Assembly: GCA_040954595.2 (NCBI GenBank)
Contig: CM082576.2
Span: 11,907,129 to 11,971,128, forward strand
Direction: 5' to 3'
From: Balanoglossus misakiensis
Taxonomy: Eukaryota > Animalia > Hemichordata
DNA: 64,000 nucleotides
Notes under the pieces: model-generated
What the model was told of the DNA's origin: nothing
Database searches by the model: none
Seen by the model: the letters and a program-made list of their open reading frames with translations, nothing else
Shown: positions 1 through 10,312 of the stretch, piece by piece
Position numbering within the stretch: position 1 is the stretch's first letter
How the letters are laid out: every line of letters starts with the position of its first letter
Translations under genes and position numbers: made by a program

Positions 1-1231
1 CATTTTTTTACCGTTGATTATTAAACCGTAGACAGCATAAACTTGTGATTGTTGTCAGCTTCATCGTATACTTTGTTACGCTTGTTGTGGGTGAAGACGA
101 GAAGCAGGAGGGCCTACAAGTTGTTTAATCAGGAAAATTCAACCAGGAAGGCTATGAGTGAGGCCTTACACCACCACGCATCATGACGCATGCGTTTAAC
201 ATTTGCTGCAAGACGTTCGCAAAAAGTCGGTGAAAGGTAAAAAGGCATTGAATCTTCTTAGTCTTGGGTCGTATGCAGTTTTATAAGCGAACAAAGCGTC
301 GATATTTAAATTTCGGTGCCGTTTTAGCAAGTCAGAGTGACCGTTATAAGGCATACAAATATGCTTGGTGCTGAGCTTTTCAAACAATGACACTTCAGCT
401 ACTAATTTATTTGGTGCAAAGTTCTGTCTTCGAAATTCCAACCGGACAGCTTATGTCATTCACGCACCTGGCGTGCACCTGTTGACAAACTGATTTCATT
501 AAGAAATTGATATTAAGCCGAGGTAAATTGGCGAGACCGCTCTATCAGGTCTGTTTTGTTCAGTACATCCAGCTGAAATATATAACACTGTCTGATCCTG
601 TGTACCGAAGAGAGAGGGATGGAGAGAGAGACAGAGATCACAGTGTGGTCGCAGATGGCGCCCTCGTCAGAGTTGACCTGAATTATTCAAACATATGTGT
701 TCCGGGCAGTCGCATTTTGCATCTCTCCCATCAGACGCAGAAGAAATTGCCGTTACAACGGCCTCAACTGTAGCCCGGGGGATATTTTTCCCTGCAGAGA
801 AGACAGAACTTGTCCTGAATTTTGAAACAAACAGTTATTGTGATTGGTACGTGCCACCCGATAGCAACCAATGAGATCGACCCAAACGCACATTGTGAGG
901 CTCCTTTGTTTCAAACAAAGGAAAGGGTCACATATCTGTGACATATAGGTTTCAAAATTTGCATAACAGTGAGCGTACGTTGGGTATTTTCTGTTGCGGA
1001 ACGGCTGTGGGAATGACTTTTAAATCCCCGTTGGTTGTCACCGAGAGAACACTTCCCCGTCTACCGCGTCGTGTACATACTTGTGACTGCAAGCGCGTAT
1101 CTGCGGTTAAAAATTAACGTGTATCCCAAGAACGAATTACGAATCCGGATAAAGGACTGTTCCTAAACCGGGGGTTGTTGCACTACTATATGTGATTACG
1201 CACCTGGAGTTTGAAGACAAATACCATCGTC

Positions 1232-4131
1232 ATGGTAAGTCAGATTGACGGATTCGACGAAGGTGGGGGAATGGACCCAAAGCACACACCGAAGAAGAGA
1301 GGGGGCTTCTTTCGCATTCTGCGGGCTTTCTCTGGGAAGAAGTCGTACAACCAGTTCGGTTCAGCGGGCGATATCAGTTCCCCGTCGAGCGGACACCGGG
1401 AAGAGAGACAAGTGGGGACTTTCTCGAACTCCGACGGTCGGAAAGAGGGCTTTCTTCGGCGCAGTTTTCGCCGGAGCAAACGCAAGAAGGGGCGCGAGCG
1501 GTTTCGTCCGCGATCGGAGATATTTTTACCGGGAGAGGAGCAGTTCTCGCCCGTGAAATTCGAACCCATAGCAAGCTATGGCATATCGACGTCTTCCAAC
1601 AGAGGACGGGGTCAGAGGCCCACAGGACAAGAGCCACTGTCCACAGTGGACAACAATTCTGGGCAAACGGTAGCTACTTTGCAGGAGAGGCGATCCGGCG
1701 ACGCGGATGTAGACCTAATCGGCAATATTACGAGCGAAGCTGACGTCGCCTGTTCCGACGGGGAGACTCCGACAGAAGAAGCGTTGCGTCAAAATGGCGA
1801 CCTGACCCAAATACAAACAGAAATAGAAGCCCATTCAAACATAAGTGAGATGTTACGGATTGCCGAGAGCTACATTGAAATCAAAGAGAACAAGGCAAGC
1901 GAAGCCAACGCGCAAGAACGGACCGGTCCGGTGCCGAAATCCCACATCGTGTCAAAAGTGGGACGGAGATTGTCGTACCGAAAGGGCGTCGTGACGGGCT
2001 ACTCCGAGCTGAGCGAGTCGGACCCGGTGGAAACCGCCGAAAGATACGATCCGTACCCGGATCTGTCGGACAACAAACACGAGGAACTTGTCGGCGGCAA
2101 CTTCGGGAAGGGGAGCGCCCCGTCATCGCTGAAAAACCCGATAACATGGACAAAACAGAAAGTCGCCCATTACACATCGGGACAGACAAAGAATTTTACG
2201 TCGGACAGTTTCGAAGAGTACGATGAGTCAAAATCACCGAAAAGTCTCACCTCCGTCTCAAAATTGAGCCGAAGAGTTTCCTTTAATGCCAAGTCGGTGA
2301 TATCGGACTATTCGGACTTGAATAACGATAAAAGCGAGGAATCTTTCATCGGAAACGACGACTGGAACGACCATCGCAACACCGTGAGTGAATCTAGAGA
2401 TTTCGAACCGTACAAAGCAATTTGCACGGGACCTCCCCAGTACGTACAGCCGGCAGAGTTCGGAAAGGGCCCGGAGAATTCGAAGTCGACGGAGAGCATG
2501 AAGTTTTGGCAGAAGAACAGCGCCAATAAGTCTTCCAGTTCGATAGGAAGTTCGGTACACTCAAACCTCGACATCTCGGACTCGACAGACGACGAATCTA
2601 TGATGTCCGTAGGATCGAGCAACAGCTCATCGTTCAACGGACCGACATCGAAACTCGCCAGAAAATTTTCAATGAACTCGAAATCGATTGTGAGGAACTA
2701 CCAATCTCTGGACGCACCGGACGAGAGCTCTGAAACTGATGGTTACTTAGCGACCGAGGCGCTCGAAGTTGTTGCCGAGGGCAACGACGATTGCAAGTTC
2801 GGGAAAGGACAAGAGCATCGCCCCAAAATACTCTGGCACAAGTTCGGCCGACCAGCTGAGAAAAGTAACGCGGACCCCCACAAGGAATTCAAAGATGACG
2901 GGATTAGAGAATACTTCTTGACGGGGAAAAGCGATCAAGGATGGTCGGAGAAAAACGAAGGAAAGAGCGGCAGATCGGAACGTTTCACAAAGAGGCTTTC
3001 TCCCAACGAAAAGTCGCTCGTGACATCCTATTCGGATCTGGAAGATGAAGAGAGATCACAAAAGTGGGGCCTGGAGTATTCAAGCCGGCCAGAGGACGAC
3101 GCACGCGCAGATCTCTCCCTAGGCAGTACACCAGATTCAAAGACAGGAGATAATCATGAAAAAGCCACAGTTGGCCAACTACATGTAACTGGCGTTGTTG
3201 ATGAACCTAAGACGAGTGACATCATTTCTGGACGCGAACACACCTACGTGGGTTTGAGGAGCTGGACCGAATCACAGTCCGCTACCAACGCACCTGTGAA
3301 CCAAGCCGAACTGAGAGGACGTCTTGGAGATTTTGGCCAAAGGGAACCCAAACGCCAATCTCAAATCCGCAAGGTGTGTATAGTTCATTAACAACAAAAA
3401 CACTGACACCACTTCATCAGCACACACACATATATACCTTACTTTACACCTTCTGCATATACATGACACATACTGTACGTATTATATATGTACAAATGTA
3501 TATGCATTGTATATATGTGTGCGTAATATTTCCCTGTGGTGATAACACCAAACTTCCGTTTCTAAAAATATATAACAATGTTGACATGTACTAATGAAGT
3601 AACGTAAACAACCGTTTTCAACATCCCCTATACGCGGAAAACCATTTTATCAATATGATGTCAATCGTTCTGACACGCGTTACCAAAACAAACGAACAAA
3701 TCGCAACTGGGACAGCTGGTGTGGCGAAGGTTGTATGACCTTATTTGACCCCGAGAATTCCTGGGCTTGGTAACAGTCAACAATCATGTCGCAGTGCATG
3801 CTCATATTTGTAAATCATTAATCAGACATAGGTAAAAAAATAGAAAATCCCACAACCACGACCCCAAGCGTTTGTCTAATATATACATGATTTATAAGCC
3901 AAGTTGAACTGAATATCATCCGAAGTGCGTGTCCGGTATTTTTAATGAGTCTGTTGTCCTCAATTCACCGCATGGTTTTGTGTTTGCATAAGACCTTTAT
4001 TCGGTTGCTAAGATGGACGTAGTTTTTGTTTCATATCCACATATTTCTAATGATTCTTTTTTCATTTACTATACTAGATGTTCAGCAAAAAGGACAGTAC
4101 CAAGAAGCCTCCGACTGGTGAGAGATTCTGA
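1232..4131 (+). CDS. Uncharacterised Ser/Glu/Lys-rich, probably disordered protein (~731 aa) with four internal repeats; 2 predicted coding exons (1232-3373, 4078-4131)
   Basis: 726-codon ORF 1211-3391 with first ATG at 1232. Phase-0 donor AAG|GTGTGT after 3373. Pyrimidine-rich acceptor ...TACTAG| before 4078 gives MFSKKDSTKKPPTGERF*. AATAAA at 4242-4247. No family recognised; the second exon is inferred. Confidence 0.65.
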
Positions 4132-7100
4132 ACCCTCGTTCCCGGCAGCGTCACAGACAAAAGAATGCGAGGCCTTATCTCCCGGGGTGGAATGACTTTG
4201 ACGATGTTTACAAGTTGGAACTTATTTAATCTGATAAATACAATAAACCTGTCGATTTATCGCTAATTTACAATGCCGAGGTTGTAGTTTCGCGTGGGCT
4301 TTGAAAACAAGTCTGAGCAGGGCTTTAAGGCCTATCGTGCCTTAAGAAATTACCTCCGTCGTTGAGAAACTAAACAAGTAGGTGACGTGAATTTCGACAG
4401 GTAAAAGTTGTATGCTGTTTATATTTTGCTCTATCTTTACATGTTTTGTTTATTTGTCACTACACTGGACACGAATTTGCATGTTTTTCAAAATATGACG
4501 CACTGGCGCACTTTTTGCATGCTGCTGAATTTAAAGCTCAGTTTGTATACAAAACTAGATATGCATTTCTGCTGTTCATGTTCGGGTGGAGTTCCTCACC
4601 TTTCCACGTGTCACGCACACAAAGCCTTTGTGAGATTTTGAACAATAGAAAGCATGCCAGGTATGCAGACAGGCGGTTTTGTTTTGCCATTCTTTATTTG
4701 AGGTTTCGAGTGACTTTTTGTCATTGTGACAATTAATCCTGTAAATATCATCACGTTTTTTTTTTTCTTGTTTTTTTTCATGTTGTTCTTTTCCCGCACA
4801 TTTGTCTTCCAGTACTGCCAAGGGTCATATTTGTATCAGAATTTCACATTGAGAATTGCGGCATTTGTAAATACACCATAAATTATTGTAAAAGTTCGGG
4901 ACACAACATTCGATATAAGGGGCAGGAACAAAGTTTTGATACGAGGTCACAGGTTCCCAAATATGCACCCTAAAATTTACAAGGTTACAGCACAAAAATT
5001 GTGCGTTTATTTTGATGTTTATTTACAACCGTCACAGATACAGAAACTATCATGTCTTTAAATTGTTCACATTTGGTCGAATGATCCGGGAGTCTATCAT
5101 AGTGGCCTTTAGTGGTAGTACTGACATTTCGCCCGTAACAGAATTATGTAACGAATTTCAGCGCTATGTTGTATATATAATGCACAAATGACAATAAACC
5201 CGACAAAAGCGAATGCATATACACAAATGATGGTGTTTTGTCGTTAAACGTGTATGTGTGTGTGTGAGAGAGCGAGCGAAGGGATGTCATAAGGAATTTA
5301 TTTATCAACACTTCTACGTTGAACTCACTCTAAAGCACCCTTCTACCGTCCCATCCCCATCATTAGCAAGACTTTAACGCCGACCTCCCATTCTCATGAT
5401 ACCAGTGACAGTCAGCATGGTCAGCACAAGACGATGTCGCGGAAAAACAAAGGCAATTTCCAATCCTTGATTGGTGGCGACATTGACGACAACCGAAGCT
5501 GGATATGTTCGAGACAATATGATGCGCATCTTGGGGGCAAACTTCAAGCCCTCAAGTTGATCAAGGAGAAACATACACCGTTCTTGATTCGTGAGACGCT
5601 ATGTTCACACCTGTGGACCGTCAGTTGACGCTACGTTTTGGCAGAAAAAAAGATTCCCGGCCCGTTCGATACAATCTCGCGCTGTGCAGCACATGTACGT
5701 GGGCTTAAAAGTGTGAACGGACAGAGACGGTTTCACACGTGCAAATTTGTACAACAGCAGCAACAACCACCATCCAGCTCACCTTGTTGCAGAATAATAC
5801 TGCCTCGCTCGAACTCTTACCTCAAAACATCAGCTTGAGATGACCATCCCCCAAAATTCAGTGGAACAGTTGGTGGATGATGTCTTGCCATTCGTCCACA
5901 CATCGCTTCCAGGAGGGACCAGACTGCCAGAATGGCATGAAAGGGAGAGTGGCATTCCCCCAAATAGCGCCCTCACTAGTCCATATGCGTAATATGTTCA
6001 TTGATCTCACTGAACTATCGCGAACTGGCTCCTTGCTTATGATTTCCGGGCTTTATTTACTCCCCACCCCACCTAGATGTCCAGTGTCCATGGTAATGCT
6101 AAGCTAGTCACTTGAGCGAACTTCATGTATGCACAGATGTACACACATCAGTTTTATAGGGGGGGGGGGAAATCAGAACAAAACTTACTTTTGACTATTA
6201 AAATGTCATACAAAATTAAATGACACAGAGACATGTTATTACATCAGTAAAATAGAATCTGTTTCTCATCATCCATGATTTTGTCTCCCATTAATTGCAC
6301 TTTTACAACCAATTCAGTTCAAAAGCATTCCAACTATTAAAGCACTACAGAAAAATAAAATAACTACCACCTTCTTACGTTTAAGCATCTGAATAAAATG
6401 AAATAAAACGATAAATAAAATGATAGATTAACATCGTTTTTCTTTAAAAGCTATCCTGTGTACCTGAACTGTTCAAAAACTGCTTTCATGCTTTACCCTC
6501 CTGTTGTCTACTGACCTTAAAATTCACATTTATCATTCTGCTTGTGTTATGCCCGCGCTAATCAGTGTGGTATGACAAAACTAGCTTCAACATGTTTCCC
6601 CTTTGAAGCATATAAAATTATTGAACATTGTAATCACTTTCGGAGCACCTTTTGTAGAACATTTACAAGATTTACCAATAAATCGAATATACCAGATCTG
6701 TCATATTGCGGTAGTTAGAAAAATAATTTTAAAAAAAAGAGTTATAAATATGGTTTATATAATACTCCAGTTCGCAATCAGCTCTTGATATTTTTTCCCA
6801 TATTTTTGGTTGCCCTGTCTTGAGCGAGTTGATATGATGAGCCACTGTGACACAATACTCTCTCGCAGTGCAAATATTCTGCCTACACATCAGGACTGAC
6901 ACACAGACATTTGTAAAAATCCTGAAGCATGTGCAGTTTTTTTTTTGTGTGAAAGAAAACTTTAACATTTAAAAAGTTAAGATCCCCTCCCCCTCCCCAG
7001 AAAACATGTAAATGCAAATGTGACAGGAGGAAGTTTTGTTGAGTGAGAACAACATTGAAAAGGCAATGTGTTCATCCGACCAGACATGATGGGAGCTGAG

Positions 7101-9316
7101 CTATCGCGACAGAGAGCGTGGGTCTCCTTCCTTGCTGTCTTCGTATTCTTTCATGAGTTTGCGGAAGTCGTGGACAAAGTTGTATTGCTGAAAGAAAATT
7201 GAAAATATGTATGGTTACATATAATTTCAAATATATTCAAAATGTTATTGCTTCCAAGGCTTGATGTAAAACGGTCAGTAAATTGAGTTTCATTCAGCTA
7301 GCAGATTGTCTCGGCATATTGCAAAATGCTTGGAGACTTTGTTTGCTGTGGGTAATCAGTGATATTGGTGAGCGAATACAGGGCGCATGTAGCTATAAGA
7401 GAATCATGACGTGTCATGAAAATATCAAGACCTACTTTGACAGTCTGAATGGCACCGGATCCTCGCAGTGTCCGCACTTTCTGGATGGCATCCTCGACAT
7501 CCATGTTTTCGTCCATCATCAGCATGAGACAAACGGCAATGACACAAGACCTGTACAGTGGAAGACAATGAAAGACAGCAGTTTTAGTTTCTCTGATATC
7601 CACCCACCAGAGGTTAAGATCAATTGTCTTAAATCCACAGAACGTAGAAGTGAGATGTCTATTCTTAATAACACACAGTTGAAATAACCAATCTCTTGGT
7701 TGTAAAGTTCAACACCAAAGTTCCCCCCCCCCCACTTTTCCCCTAATAAGGGATCCCCATTCAATATTCTCACCTGCCAAGTCCCCCATAGCAGTGTATC
7801 AGCGATCTCCTTCCGGCCATCAGACACACCCTAAGCTCTTCCAACACCTTCATGCAACTAGCCATGGGCGGAACATTCCCGTCCGGAAACCCGTAGTGGT
7901 GCACCACAAAGTCTTCCTTCTGGTATTCCTGGAGGAGACGCGGCACCCTGTATTTGGTCATTTCACCTTTTGTACAGAAGACAAAGATGTCCTCAATCTC
8001 TTGATCTCGGAGGTAATCTGCGGAAAAAAAACACCACATTATTATGACTTTGGGAAGCAAAAAAAATGCTCACCATGAAATTCAACATACACTGATCAAG
8101 ATAAAAAAAGCAAAAAATTATTTGCAAATGTCCATGGCACACCAGTAACTTGTTCTATTTCCCCCTATTTTAATAACTGTGTACATGAACTCACCTATGT
8201 CTGTACTCAGACATCTCCAGACATCTTTGAACCTGCAACCTGAGAAAGAACACACATGTATTTGGAAAAGTAAAACAAGACATACAACATAAATGGTTAG
8301 CTATGACATGAATGATAAGTATGAAATTTATATAGCCCTTGCACAATCATCTTACAGGAAATTCTCAGTAATTTTTTTATCATAGAAAAGGCCATAAAGC
8401 TTCAAATTGACTTTTGCTCACCATTTTACCTGTCAAGTAAGGTAACACATGTACACATGATACATTGTAACATACAGATTACTGTAGGATGTATTTTCAT
8501 ATAGTATTTCAAAACATGATGAAAATTTACCTGGAAGGCCACTTATTCCAAGATCTTCAGGACAGCCAACATCAGAATAGTCTAACCTAAGCAAAATAGC
8601 GTGAAATTGAATGTTGATCAGGTGTAGTGTATCATGTTGTATGATGAACTGGTGTGAAAAGATCTTTGCGTTGCTATGGCCACCGCCAGGGACTTTACAA
8701 TGCAACATGTAACTCCGCCATGGAATAGATAGTGGAATAAGCATGCATGCTTATACAGTACCACAAACGGTGGAAATGACAAGAAGTGTTTACAATATAT
8801 GTTTGGAAGACATTTGAATGTAACAGTGTTCCAATTGTCGTGGTGTACAATGGAATACCCAGTGATGCTTTTGTCCCACAAAACAACAAAAGCGGTGCAT
8901 TGTTCAACTCGTCCACAGCAGAATCACGTTCGATCGTGGCCCATGGCGAGCAATGTGATTTCTTGGCGAATTGAAAGAGATCGGTGATATCCAATGTATT
9001 ACTTGACATAAAGCATTCGCCATGAACATCGATTTGTGACAATGTACATGATCTACACATAACAATACTTGAAAAAGTAGAAAAGACGGCGATCACATAT
9101 GGTGCGATTGGATTTTTCACGTGTGTACTCACCAGTCGATTTTCAACGGAGTCAAATCAAAATCGCCTTCTTCGTCAGACGAATCGAAGTTACTCATCGC
9201 TCCCCTTTGGCTTTCCTGTAGCAATATCAAAAGACACCATAATGAAAAAGTGAACGAATATACGTAAGGAGATAAATTTATGTGGTTTGCGTACGCGTAC
9301 TCACAAGTAACACCAT
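7101..9316 (-). CDS. CDKN3: Cyclin-dependent kinase inhibitor 3 (KAP dual-specificity phosphatase), 213 aa; exons 9305-9316, 9133-9215, 8531-8586, 8195-8239, 7774-8017, 7436-7550, 7101-7187
   Basis: Spliced translation MVLLESQRGAMSNFDSSDEE..TPLKIDW..GLPGCRFKDVWR..HCYGGLGR..LRGSGAIQTVKQYNF..RSLSR* matches KAP hallmarks (FDSSDEE, LPGC.FKDV, catalytic CX5R HCYGGLGR, RGSGAIQT). All introns are GT-AG with consistent phases; total 642 nt. Confidence 0.96.
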
Positions 9317-10312
9317 CTTGTTCGCTGCTTCCGTGTTTATGAATGTTTTGAATTTACGCGAACATGAAAGCTGTAACCTGATTGGCTGTGAGTGCATTTC
9401 ATCTCCTCGTACAGATTCCAGGAGCACAACTTATGTTTTCTAAGGTTATAAATATTACTGCTCTTAGTCATGTATTACAGGGTGTTTCGTGGTTAATTTA
9501 ATGGTATAAACCCAGATTTCATAACTAAATTCGGTTTCATTACAAGTTTTATTACTGTTCACACATTGCTGCATACGAGGACAATCTTGCGTAGAAACCA
9601 AAGCAAACATGGCGGCTGCAGGCTGGCGTCCTTCTCTCTCCCGTTGACATGGGTGGTATTTGTTTAGATTGGTAGCTGGCGTATTGTGAAGGTTTGCCGC
9701 GGTGAAATTACTGCTGCTCATCCGCAATGTAAACGATCGGTATGTTGCATTTACTTAGTCTAGTCACGGATTTCAAAATCTATCAATTTAATGTCAAACG
9801 CTGCCTCCGTACCGGCAAAAAAACTTAGGATCTTTCGACTTCTCACTAAGTTTGCACCTGCGGCGAGTGAGAGAGAGAAACGTTCCCTTGGTGCGATCGG
9901 AATGGCCACGATCGTTACCGTATTCATGGGGGTGTATATCTTGTAGTAATCCAAACAAAATTATGTTGGCTTTACTTTTAACAAGCTTTAGGGATTTGTC
10001 TGGCGTATTTGTTGCGTGAAGTTGTAAGTATCGTTTTATATGGAGACCGGAGAAGAGGCACGTAAGCCGCAAAAACTCGGCAGACGGCCGATCGTGCGAC
10101 AAGTCGACGGTGCACACGATCGTGTACGGCTCGACGTCGTTGTCGAAATTTGGTTAGGTAAAACGATACAATGGGATTTATGAGACCGGCGCATTATGTA
10201 GTCGCTTTACATCCAATTTGTCGCCCATTTATAGTACAGTTTATCGATCCAAACGACATACAATGTAATTCTTTGACTTCTTTTAAATAGGGGCACACGA
10301 AAAAGCCAAACC
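9317..10312. promoter_or_regulatory. CpG-rich bidirectional promoter region shared by CDKN3 and the F-box/WD40 gene
   Basis: Divergent start codons ~1 kb apart (9316 minus, 10313 plus). CHR-type TTTGAA at 9347-9352 and CCAAT boxes (ATTGG at 9381-9385, 9668-9672). CpG frequent relative to the flanking introns. Confidence 0.65.

Noticed and set aside
5820-6075. Minus-strand stretch ending in a good donor (GAG|GTAAGA), suggesting an extra exon downstream of CDKN3
   Set aside because: All three frames hit stops just after the only nearby acceptor; probably 3' UTR or intergenic.
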